Source of the DNA: a virus
Reading direction: 5' to 3' (one strand)
DNA length: 64,000 nucleotides
IMG/VR virus record: IMGVR_UViG_3300050147_000056
Coordinates: 6,147-70,146 of that record
Part shown: positions 55,135-64,000 of the stretch, in pieces
How positions within the stretch are numbered: position 1 is the stretch's first letter
How the letters are laid out: each line of letters begins with the position of its first letter
Program-made: the position numbers and the translations under genes
The notes under the pieces: generated by a model
What the model saw: the letters and a program-made list of their open reading frames with translations, nothing else
Databases searched by the model: none
Told to the model about the DNA's origin: nothing

Positions 55135-56295
55135 TTACATCTTAGCTAGAGTTTTCACTACAGCAATACGTTCAGGACGCATTGCCAAGAAGCCGTAGTA
55201 CCACTGAATGGAGCTGAAGCCTGTGTTCCCATATGGGTTAGCTGTAGTGGCTGTAGACTCACCCGGCTCTTTAGTGATGGTGTTGAACTTAACGCTCTTA
55301 CCATCAGTTTGGAATCCAATGGTAGTGAATGATTCCTTGCCTACAACCAGCATAGGGAAGACATCGTACTTTGTACCTGTTTTAAAGTACGAAGCATCGC
55401 TAGAGGTAGCACCTGCACCAGCCCACTTCAGCATCTCAGGAACAACCACAATACGGAACTGATCAACAGTACCTACTTCACCAGTCAACAGAGTGGTGGC
55501 ATCGCCATACATACGTACAGGAATGAACGCTGGTTGATTATGCAAGTCTTTCATTGCACGCAGCGTAGGAAGCATCTCAGAACCCACAAACATTACACGC
55601 GCGGAGTCGATAGTTTTAGTATCGGTCATACGTGAGCCAGTAATGAGGGTAGTGTCCTTGGGAGTACGGTTGTTATCCAAGTCGATAGACAGACGCATCA
55701 GATCGCTATACGTCACGATCATTCCGGTGTCTAACGTAGCGTTGGTAGTTGCAGCGCCTGCATAGCGAACCAAGCCAGCAGCGTTCAATAGGTCAATCTG
55801 AAGGGCATCTTCAGTCATCTCTACTGCGCCATTCATCAACTCACGGTTTACGTGCATTGCCAGTTCAGCATCGGTATCGAAGTCACGAGCTTCTTTAGTC
55901 CATTCATGGAAGAAACCAAAGGAAGTGAACGAACCGGAGATTTCTTTACGTACGAAGCCAACACGGTTTACACGACCACCAGTCTCAGTAAGAGTAGGTA
56001 GTTTACTTGGGATAGCACCGATGTCCTTACTCGAACCATAAAGGTTACCATTAGCAATGACAGCACCAGCAGCATCCAAACCTTGGTTGTTGATGTTGCG
56101 GTCATCCAGCAAAGGAACGTACTGGTAGACTTTAATGGTTTTGCCGTAGTTCTTAGGCATATTCATTACGTCAGCCAATTGGCTGAAGTACATATCCTTC
56201 TTGGCATCTACAATCGCTTTACGCTGATAGTAGAAGTTGTTGAACTGAGTACCTACCGAAGATGGAGTAGTAGGTGGAGCATTAAATCTTTGCAT
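55135..56295 (-). CDS. major capsid protein (N4 gp56 family)
   Basis: [43 protein letters not shown]. Confidence 0.95.
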   Translation of the reverse strand: MQRFNAPPTTPSSVGTQFNNFYYQRKAIVDAKKDMYFSQLADVMNMPKNYGKTIKVYQYVPLLDDRNINNQGLDAAGAVIANGNLYGSSKDIGAIPSKLPTLTETGGRVNRVGFVRKEISGSFTSFGFFHEWTKEARDFDTDAELAMHVNRELMNGAVEMTEDALQIDLLNAAGLVRYAGAATTNATLDTGMIVTYSDLMRLSIDLDNNRTPKDTTLITGSRMTDTKTIDSARVMFVGSEMLPTLRAMKDLHNQPAFIPVRMYGDATTLLTGEVGTVDQFRIVVVPEMLKWAGAGATSSDASYFKTGTKYDVFPMLVVGKESFTTIGFQTDGKSVKFNTITKEPGESTATTANPYGNTGFSSIQWYYGFLAMRPERIAVVKTLAKM

Positions 56296-56333
56296 GGGAA
56301 TATCCTCGTATGCGGGTTAATTGCGTTATAACT

Positions 56334-57326
56334 TTACAGCTTGAGCTTTGCAAATTCTTCATCTGACATACTCAAAACGTTATGCAGACTAGGGGTGCTT
56401 GGTGTTGTGGTTGGGCTACCACCAGCAGACTTACGTTGTTTATCCAAAGCTTCATCCTTAACCTTTGGCTTAATTACTGCAGGCTTACTCATACCTACAA
56501 GTGTACCTTGTTGATACAAGTGACCACCAATAGCCATATAGGCATCTAGATCAGTCTGACCATTGAAGTTACCCATAGCTCGCTCACGAGTCAGGATACC
56601 TTGAATCTGATCATACGCACCTGTAGCCACATGACTATTCAATTCCAGAATCATTGAGGGTTTAGCCACTAATGCAGCACGACTGTCAGCATCAAACGTA
56701 TCCAACATCACACTCATAGTGCGCTGATACGTTGGTGTAGCCTGCATCTCGGACAAGGTGTCCTCTAAATCCAATGCAGCAGCGGTTGGAGCTGTAGTGG
56801 TAGGCGTGTAGTTCTTTGCCTTCTCCTCTGAGTCAATGTCGTATACGTCAACACCTGACTCCCGTACAAACTTAGCAATGGCTTCAGGACTCTTCTTATG
56901 CAGATCAATTAAGAATGCCAACTTACCTTCATCCAAGAGATCAGCGTCTTCTAGCATCTTCGTGTAAGCACGTTGCTGCTTCATACCCTGCATCTTCTTG
57001 TTGTAGTTAGCACCCATCTGCATCATAGAGATAATCTGATTAGGATCTTCCACCTTGAGATTCGTACCATTGGCTTTGAACTCTGCTGTAACAGCATCAT
57101 AAAAAGCTTTGTAATCCTTCTCATCAGTAGTCTCAGTAGCAGTCTCCTCTACTACTTCACTAGCCCCTTCAGCTACCTCTGTGGTCTCTGGTTCATTAGC
57201 AACTTCAGTTGTACCTTCAGTCTCAACCACTTCCTCTGTGGATTGAATCTGTTCTGGAGTCATGTTTAACAGTTCGTCATCGGACATCCCTGCAAGGGTG
57301 TCTTGGCTAATCTGTTCGGTTGTCAT
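56334..57326 (-). CDS. N4 gp57-like scaffold/structural protein
   Basis: acidic N-terminus, FKANG, MQMGANY.KKM, MSDEEF end. Confidence 0.85.
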   Translation of the reverse strand: MTTEQISQDTLAGMSDDELLNMTPEQIQSTEEVVETEGTTEVANEPETTEVAEGASEVVEETATETTDEKDYKAFYDAVTAEFKANGTNLKVEDPNQIISMMQMGANYNKKMQGMKQQRAYTKMLEDADLLDEGKLAFLIDLHKKSPEAIAKFVRESGVDVYDIDSEEKAKNYTPTTTAPTAAALDLEDTLSEMQATPTYQRTMSVMLDTFDADSRAALVAKPSMILELNSHVATGAYDQIQGILTRERAMGNFNGQTDLDAYMAIGGHLYQQGTLVGMSKPAVIKPKVKDEALDKQRKSAGGSPTTTPSTPSLHNVLSMSDEEFAKLKL

Positions 57327-57649
57327 ACGTTATCCTCAGTGATTGCTTCTCGCGTGAGCATTGCTTCAGAGATTCTTTGGTTTGCAGTCTTAGATAGGTT
57401 ACGGACATTGGCAAGGTACAGACTAAAGTAAGCAATAGCATCAATCCGCTCATTGCGCTGAAGTTTACGATCACTATTGTTAAGACACTGAGCATCAAGG
57501 GTAGTGCGTAATAGCTCCTCCTTGAGATAACCCTGTGCGATTAACAACTGAAAGTCTTTATTCAACGTCAACCGCTCTAATGCTAAACCCAACTCTAATT
57601 CATGTCTTGCAGTGGCAATATCTGCATCCACCTCTAATAAATGTTCCAT
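57323..57649 (-). CDS. N4 gp58-like protein
   Basis: ALERL..NKDF..LI..GYL; start at ATG 57649 after GGAG. Confidence 0.8.
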   Translation of the reverse strand: MEHLLEVDADIATARHELELGLALERLTLNKDFQLLIAQGYLKEELLRTTLDAQCLNNSDRKLQRNERIDAIAYFSLYLANVRNLSKTANQRISEAMLTREAITEDNV

Positions 57650-57709
57650 TGAATACTCCAAAAGAAAACAGGACACCTACCCTGCTTTCTCGGATGCTAC
57701 CACAAATAA

Positions 57710-59914
57710 TTATTCTGTATAGCCGTTACTACTCTCCTGCATAGCCAACTGTTGCATTAACTTACTCTTGTGGTCTAAATCCACCTTATCAAGCATAGCT
57801 TGTTGCTTAACAGCATTGGATTCTAAATTAGCCATGTTATTGGCATGGAGCTTATCCATTTCTCTAGCATGAGTAACACCATCAGCAGTTTCCCCCATAG
57901 CCAACTTATGCTTATTAGCTGTAGCCAATAGATTCTCAGAACGAGACTGTTCTGTAGAAACCTTGGCTGACTGCAGATTAACCTTAGCCAAAGCTTCTTG
58001 TGCTTGAGCACGAATTAGCTCTGTTTGAGCTTTCAGATGATCCAACTCTGCAGCGGCTGTCGCCTCTTGTTGTGGGTTCGGTTGGGGCTTAAAGTTCTTA
58101 ATGGCATGGGATAAATCAGGCATTTTTCTCAGTTTAAACACATCAGCCAAGAGTAATTGCACCATGGATTGATCAACACTGTTACCCACAGTTTGGAGCA
58201 TAAATGCTAACTCTTGAGCCTTGGCTTCATCAGCCTCTGCAGTAGAAATACCTAACCGTAAGTCAAAGTTACCCATGAGATCATCACGCTTAATCGTAAT
58301 GAATTTCTCATTAGTAATCCTCACCACTTCTTTCTCTTCGAGGAAGACAGCATTCATAGCAATGAACTTTCTACCTACTTGAATCAAACCATTGCCCAAT
58401 CTACGCAGAATGCTCATTTCCCTTTTACTAGCAGCATCCAAAACACTTCTAATACTAAGGGACGTACTAGATGAATTACCCAATGCCTGCCCTGTTAAGC
58501 CAGTAGAAGAAAATCCCTTAACGCCTGTCTGAGACTCCGCCTCATTATTTAACATCTGCAACATAAAGCCAGCAGAGTTAGGAATCTCTGGGTATAGATG
58601 AGTGTGGATGTGCGCTCTAGGATCAGAGTTAGGATTGAACTCGTAGTTCTGACCACTCTCAAACTTACGTCTGTTAGTTGCATCCAATAGTGTCTTACTA
58701 ATACCTGTTTGTGAGTTAGCAGATCTACCCATGAGATCAATCATACCCCTAATTAACGCACCCTGAATCTTCTGGTTATCTTCAAGTAATGCACCATCTG
58801 GCTCACCGTAGACAGCCTTACGTACAGGTAAATACTGCACCAATACAAACGGTAGCTTCTGATCCGGGTAGGGGTTCTTTTCCATCCGAATAAGTGTATT
58901 ACCTACCCACGTAGCTACAAACGCTTCAGTGATACCATTGCCTTCAATATCCCTGTAACCCCAATACTCATAAGCAACAATCTTCTTACGTGGATTATCC
59001 TGAAACTTGAATGCAGAACTATTACTTCCAATAGCAAAGTCAGGCTCATTCAACACAGAACTATTACTCATAGCATCATCAAGGTTAATGTATTTACCTG
59101 ATCTACGTAACTCAGACAAAGAAGTTTCAAACGCGTAAATAACAAAACCTGCGTTATTTAAGTTACCCATACAGGTAGGATCAATGTAGACGTTCCTAGA
59201 ATCGCAGACTTCAACCATAGGATGATTCTTAATAATCTTATCAACCATCTCTTCCCTTGGATTAACTGCCTGCATACGCATAGGTTGTTGAGACTGAATA
59301 GTCATCTCAACACTCATTTGTACTTCTTCAGCTAAGTTCATAAATTCAGAAGGATTCTCCTCCTTCATTTGGATTAATCCTTGCAGCTCTTCCTGATAGC
59401 TAGGATCTACACTAGGAATGTAGTCATAAACTACTTTCTTTTCAGGTCTACTTTCATACACCCAACAAGTCTTTAAAATAACCGTACCTTCATCAACCGC
59501 AGTACGAATGTAGTTATCAATAAACGCTACTTTGTCTAACTTGGTTTCAAACTGATTATTCAACACAGTAGCATTCTGTTCTGCAGCAGACTTATCTTCC
59601 CAAGAAACAGGTGCAACATCAAAGATACTAGTATTGGATAGGAACGGTTCAGAAAGAGATGCGTATCTCCATTCTGCCTGCTTACGAATCAACTTATTTA
59701 CTACAGTAGACCTACCAGCAGGACTCTTTACTGCTGCTGTACCTTTACCATGATAGTTATCATCGTAGGTGTTTAGCTTTGCTACTTGCGTACTATGAGA
59801 ACTCCTACACTCGTCCAAATCTGCTTTCAATTCAGCGAGTGTAGGTTCTACTTTCCAGTCTGTTAGTGCCTTAGCACCATAGAGTTTCATTAATTCGGTC
59901 ATCATAATCACCAC
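57710..59914 (-). CDS. portal protein (N4 gp59-like)
   Basis: LTDWK.EPT, KLIRKQAEWRY.SLSEPFL, DLMGRSAN.Q; exact start uncertain. Confidence 0.93.
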   Translation of the reverse strand: MVIMMTELMKLYGAKALTDWKVEPTLAELKADLDECRSSHSTQVAKLNTYDDNYHGKGTAAVKSPAGRSTVVNKLIRKQAEWRYASLSEPFLSNTSIFDVAPVSWEDKSAAEQNATVLNNQFETKLDKVAFIDNYIRTAVDEGTVILKTCWVYESRPEKKVVYDYIPSVDPSYQEELQGLIQMKEENPSEFMNLAEEVQMSVEMTIQSQQPMRMQAVNPREEMVDKIIKNHPMVEVCDSRNVYIDPTCMGNLNNAGFVIYAFETSLSELRRSGKYINLDDAMSNSSVLNEPDFAIGSNSSAFKFQDNPRKKIVAYEYWGYRDIEGNGITEAFVATWVGNTLIRMEKNPYPDQKLPFVLVQYLPVRKAVYGEPDGALLEDNQKIQGALIRGMIDLMGRSANSQTGISKTLLDATNRRKFESGQNYEFNPNSDPRAHIHTHLYPEIPNSAGFMLQMLNNEAESQTGVKGFSSTGLTGQALGNSSSTSLSIRSVLDAASKREMSILRRLGNGLIQVGRKFIAMNAVFLEEKEVVRITNEKFITIKRDDLMGNFDLRLGISTAEADEAKAQELAFMLQTVGNSVDQSMVQLLLADVFKLRKMPDLSHAIKNFKPQPNPQQEATAAAELDHLKAQTELIRAQAQEALAKVNLQSAKVSTEQSRSENLLATANKHKLAMGETADGVTHAREMDKLHANNMANLESNAVKQQAMLDKVDLDHKSKLMQQLAMQESSNGYTE

Positions 59915-59951
59915 TGTCTAGGATGACCGAATCGTACTACCTAGCTAAACA

Positions 59952-60638
59952 CTATACAAAGCCTCTCTCATAGAATTTATCCTCCATGTATCCGTCAGAC
60001 ACGTCTAAACCAGTATTCTTCAGCCTTGCACAGGCAGCCTCAAACTTCTGCATGTAGTTATTACCTGCATGAAAAGGAGCTTTATTAGGCAAAGACTGAA
60101 GATCCATAGGTGTAAACACCTTATGTGCCACGTAGTACAGCAACGCGTCTAGGAACGCTATAGGAAGCTCTATAGGCACTGATGCAGGGTTAAAGGTAGC
60201 TAGGTTAACTACCCCGACTCTAGCAATTTTGGGATGATTGGCTTGGTAAACCAAGGTTAAATCATTATTCACCACCCCTGAACCTATGATCAAGCTCTTC
60301 ATATCAGGCGTATAGACAGCGTTATCAACACATCCCCTACTTGGATAGCGGTTGATAGGTATCGCCTCACCATAAACGTCGTAAACCTCCAATAGCTCAA
60401 GCACATCCCCATCCACATCGAAGCTGTAAGTATCTACACCCTCCATACGTACAATGGATTTACTCTTCTGCTTCAGGTTAAAGCGGGTATACAGCTCGGT
60501 TAAGCCAAGGTTAATCAGAGTAATGAAACGGTTGTACTCCTTCACTGGCAGATACCCATCATCGCTTAAACGGAGGTTTTTCAACTCCCCATCTACTAAA
60601 CCATTGAATACATCATCAAGTGTCATGACTGTTCTCAC
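59952..60638 (-). CDS. head-tail adaptor (N4 gp67-like)
   Basis: GELK, INLGLT.LY.RF.L, YQANH, AL.YYVA, F..RGFV. Confidence 0.8.
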   Translation of the reverse strand: MRTVMTLDDVFNGLVDGELKNLRLSDDGYLPVKEYNRFITLINLGLTELYTRFNLKQKSKSIVRMEGVDTYSFDVDGDVLELLEVYDVYGEAIPINRYPSRGCVDNAVYTPDMKSLIIGSGVVNNDLTLVYQANHPKIARVGVVNLATFNPASVPIELPIAFLDALLYYVAHKVFTPMDLQSLPNKAPFHAGNNYMQKFEAACARLKNTGLDVSDGYMEDKFYERGFV

Positions 60639-63244
60639 ACGATATAACTGGAGGTACTACCATAATCTAAGTCACTCCCAAAGTCGTATACACCACCTAC
60701 AGTCTTAGTAGGAGCTTCTACTGAGGGATACCAGATCTCCATCATAGGAAGCATAGAGACCGTGTCAATGAAGTCATCATGCTTAGACTTAAACCCACCC
60801 ACAGATGTAAGCAATAACTGAGATACCGCTTCCTTGTACTCAGGATTAGTCTTTAACTCTATAGGAAAGTAAAACTTACCTGCTTTAATACTAGGAAGTA
60901 TTACGTTAAACCTTTGCAACTTAGCAGTAGTAGGTCTGATACCTGCCTGATTAGAATTCCCCTTGGTAGCCAAATTAAAGAAGATATTCTTTTCTAGCAT
61001 CTGCTGTTCAATCCAAGGAATAAAGCCTCCTTGTTGTCCAGTCACTTCAATACCTACAGACATTGGTTTGTATTGCTGGCACAACCTAAACAAGTCTTCA
61101 ATGTTTACATCCATACGCTGGCGCTTCAACACTAAATCCAATAAGTAATAATCTCCATTGTTGTTTACTGCCCACACACTAATACACGAGTAGTCTGCTA
61201 ACTGCTTTTCACTTGTGGCAAAGTCAGTGGTGATATAGATATTGAAGTTACCTAACAACTTCATGGCACTAGTTCTATTAAACCAGCGAATATCGTTGAT
61301 ACTCACTAATCTATCGTCCTCACCCATAATGCGTAGCATCAACTCCTGATTGAAACTATCTACCCTACCTTCCAACATAGCCTTGTTATACTGAGCTTCT
61401 ACGTAATCATAACTAAAGCGATCTTCCCACGAGCCTCTAAATTCCTCTCTAGTACAAGGGAATCTCTCGCATACTGGATACACGTTTACTTTCCAAGCTC
61501 CAGACTCAACTGCAGAATACAAAGGATCGTTAGCGTTAAAGGGAGTACCGCTCCAAATCACCATAGACTTACTAGGATGTAATGCGTATTCAACCGCCTT
61601 ACTTACAGTGTCTTTAATAGATGCAATTACAGTAGGACTTCTAGCATCCTTGTCTGAAACCAAGTCATCAAGAATAGCTAGGTTAGGACGTGTAGCTAAC
61701 TCTTTAGCACCACGGACACCAGTATTATGTGTGCGTACATAACCAGTCGTGATGAACTCCCTAGACTCGTTGTTAACCGCAATACATTGACTAGGAGCAT
61801 CTGCAATACGCTCAATTGATGTTACGCAAGCATCTTTATTTTTTGGTACAAAGCGTACTCTCTTCCTATCTAAAAGGAATGGGTTAATGGCAATCCATAT
61901 TTCTGTCCTAAAACATTTTGACTTGCTTTGTGGATAAGATTTACTTGCCATACCACCCAAAGATCTTACTAACTTGGCTACATCATCACATAGTCTTAGA
62001 GATGCGCTAGTAAATGAGATCCTACCTGAATTGCTAATAGTACCGTCCGTATCTAGTAAACCCTGTAGCAATGCAAGTCTTTGCGCAACAGAGCTATAAT
62101 AATAACACTCAGGAATAAACTTAAACTCCCCTCTCACATTAAGAGATAAGTATTTTAAAGAGTCCCCTAACTCCCTAATACTTTGGGTTACTGCGTTGGA
62201 TCTAGGATCTTTGCGCAGCTTACCAAAAGTGTAAGGTACTTGTTGGTGGTAATGTCCTATGTCATCAATATGCGCTGTTAGCTCTACTGACCCACATTCT
62301 TTTCTAATACGACCATCTCCTATAACAACACCTAGCGTGTAAGGATCTACAGGTAGTACCGCCTCTGAGTATTCTAACGCCGATACGTTAGGTATCTTTA
62401 CCAACCTTTTACTACTGACCCCCAAGTGTTTAAGGTTACCTTTCTTACTGTGGCTTAGAGGCTGCTTTAATAACTCCAGTGTAGTCATTACTCTATACTC
62501 CCATTTAGCAATGCCATTGGGTTTAGTATTTACAAGCACGCTATTTAAATGATCTTCACTGACCTCTATAAACCTACCGTCTTCTAGAGAAATACGGTAC
62601 ATCGGCTTATTGAACACCCCGCTTTTAGCCACGATTTCTGTGAGTAACCCATCAGATCCGTATATATGATCTCCTACCTTGCACTCTCCAATAGTGGTAG
62701 TACCTGTAGCAGTAAAGAGTAAGCTGTTTAATGATAGTGCTTGTGCTCCATAACCCTTAACTACTAACTTTTTTCCACTGAGGTTAACGAACTCATAACG
62801 AATATCCGTAAACTTAGCGTGTGGTACATACTTCTGTAAGAAGTCTGAATTCTCCCATCTGTATTGTAAGTTTCTTCTCATATTACTTACACCGTTATCA
62901 ATAGAATCTGATACGTACAGTGCTACATCAATATTCCCAAAGTTAGGGATTCTCCCATAGGTGGCAATGTAGAGAAACATGTACTCAGCCATCACAGCAG
63001 TTTTACCACTACCCCTATGAACCATGTTAATAACTCTAATCTGTTTGGCTTTACCAATACAGCTAACCTGATCAAGCATCTTTAAATGGAGTACAGGAGT
63101 TTTATTCTCCTCGCCTTCACCACCATTAACTAACTTGATGAATGTCACAAACTCTAATGCAAAATCACTAGGCATATAACTAGGATCATGATTGTAGCTA
63201 ACTGAATCCAACCATTCATCAACACTCTTAGCTGTTATCTTCAT
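60635..63244 (-). CDS. terL: terminase large subunit with intein (530 aa after splicing)
   Basis: FIKLVNG..GEENKTP, HRGSGKT, GYGAQ|TGVRG, ILDDL, TDFATS, KHDDFID. Confidence 0.95.
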   Translation of the reverse strand: MKITAKSVDEWLDSVSYNHDPSYMPSDFALEFVTFIKLVNGGEGEENKTPVLHLKMLDQVSCIGKAKQIRVINMVHRGSGKTAVMAEYMFLYIATYGRIPNFGNIDVALYVSDSIDNGVSNMRRNLQYRWENSDFLQKYVPHAKFTDIRYEFVNLSGKKLVVKGYGAQALSLNSLLFTATGTTTIGECKVGDHIYGSDGLLTEIVAKSGVFNKPMYRISLEDGRFIEVSEDHLNSVLVNTKPNGIAKWEYRVMTTLELLKQPLSHSKKGNLKHLGVSSKRLVKIPNVSALEYSEAVLPVDPYTLGVVIGDGRIRKECGSVELTAHIDDIGHYHQQVPYTFGKLRKDPRSNAVTQSIRELGDSLKYLSLNVRGEFKFIPECYYYSSVAQRLALLQGLLDTDGTISNSGRISFTSASLRLCDDVAKLVRSLGGMASKSYPQSKSKCFRTEIWIAINPFLLDRKRVRFVPKNKDACVTSIERIADAPSQCIAVNNESREFITTGYVRTHNTGVRGAKELATRPNLAILDDLVSDKDARSPTVIASIKDTVSKAVEYALHPSKSMVIWSGTPFNANDPLYSAVESGAWKVNVYPVCERFPCTREEFRGSWEDRFSYDYVEAQYNKAMLEGRVDSFNQELMLRIMGEDDRLVSINDIRWFNRTSAMKLLGNFNIYITTDFATSEKQLADYSCISVWAVNNNGDYYLLDLVLKRQRMDVNIEDLFRLCQQYKPMSVGIEVTGQQGGFIPWIEQQMLEKNIFFNLATKGNSNQAGIRPTTAKLQRFNVILPSIKAGKFYFPIELKTNPEYKEAVSQLLLTSVGGFKSKHDDFIDTVSMLPMMEIWYPSVEAPTKTVGGVYDFGSDLDYGSTSSYIV
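61724..62740 (-). mobile_element. Ala1 LAGLIDADG intein (339 aa) in TerL
   Basis: ALSLNS start, LGVVIGDG/LQGLLDTDG, SQCIAV, VRTHN|T. Confidence 0.9.
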
Positions 63245-63920
63245 TATCGTATTCCTCTGTTGGTTTGATAATAGACTCGCTAGCTACATCTACTACTGTA
63301 GCTGTACCCGAAACAATCTTAGCTTTCTGCATAGCAACAAACTCTGCTACCTGCTGAGACAACTGACTAATACCATCATCCTGTTTAACCTCAACCTTCA
63401 CATCCACTTTAGTAGGTTCAGGCGGTTTAAGATGAATCAGTAAACTATTAGCAGCATCACTCCTAACCTTCTCACTATTAGCACTCTTCATTAACTCTGC
63501 TTGTACGTTAATAGCATCTTGATACAGAGACTGATTAAGTACATAGGAAGGAATCATGGTCTGAGCAAAGATAGCGTTGACTAACTTGTTCTTGTTGTAC
63601 ATGGCTACATAAGCATGGATTGTATTAGTGCTTACACCATCATCCACTAACTTCTTAAACCTCTCAGGATGGGTCTTACTGTAAGCCTCAAAGTTACTAT
63701 GCCCCATGAGTTTATAAGACACGTACATCACTGCCTTCACATAGTCAGTAGCTTTAAACCTACCCTCTTGGAGTACACCAGTGTAAGAGATTAGGTTCTC
63801 TCTAAAGTGCTTCTGCATAAGAGAATCACCCAATACAGCTTGCATGTACTCAATAGTACCTGTACTAACACTATCTCTCATGTGCTTAGGCAGTAATGCC
63901 CTTAACTCTTCTAGTTCCAT
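63228..63920 (-). CDS. N4 gp69-like protein (putative terminase small subunit)
   Basis: FRENLISY..VL..G.FK..DY..AV.YVSYK, SEKVRSDAANSLL.HLKPPE; start at ATG 63920 after GAGGA. Confidence 0.8.
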   Translation of the reverse strand: MELEELRALLPKHMRDSVSTGTIEYMQAVLGDSLMQKHFRENLISYTGVLQEGRFKATDYVKAVMYVSYKLMGHSNFEAYSKTHPERFKKLVDDGVSTNTIHAYVAMYNKNKLVNAIFAQTMIPSYVLNQSLYQDAINVQAELMKSANSEKVRSDAANSLLIHLKPPEPTKVDVKVEVKQDDGISQLSQQVAEFVAMQKAKIVSGTATVVDVASESIIKPTEEYDNEDNS

Positions 63921-64000
63921 GTTCCAATCCTCAAGTGTGAATTCACTACTGTAGTTTATAGTGGCATTCAACTTTCTAGTAGCTGATGTTTTATTTTTTA

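Noticed and set aside
37953-61148. Numerous plus-strand ORFs antisense to structural genes
   Set aside because: Shadow frames of long minus-strand genes with no motifs or RBS support.

Overview
This 64-kb window covers most of the genome of an N4-like podovirus (Schitoviridae), identified by a ~3,800-aa virion RNA polymerase and N4-type capsid, portal, terminase, primase and SSB genes in N4 order. The RNAP II subunits and genome ends are not in the window. From left to right it contains: (1) small early/middle ORFs; (2) a MoxR-like AAA+ ATPase and a metallopeptidase/vWA gene; (3) a ~5.9-kb AT-rich tandem array of 18-19 highly diverged paralogous ~100-aa genes; (4) a ~450-bp structured non-coding region with an IHF-consensus site, followed by a RepL-like winged-helix gene; (5) helicase and a family A DNA polymerase split by a 903-nt group I intron carrying an HNH gene; (6) dUTPase, a dNMP kinase and tRNA-Arg(UCU); (7) a minus-strand tail spike/fibre/amidase block; (8) thyX, nrdB and an intein-bearing nrdA, then exonuclease, primase, Sak4-like ATPase, a free-standing HNH, SSB and RuvC; (9) the minus-strand structural block ending in an intein-bearing terminase. 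The best candidate for an undescribed system is the paralog array next to the AAA+/vWA pair. All family calls come from motif recognition by eye; no database searches were run.
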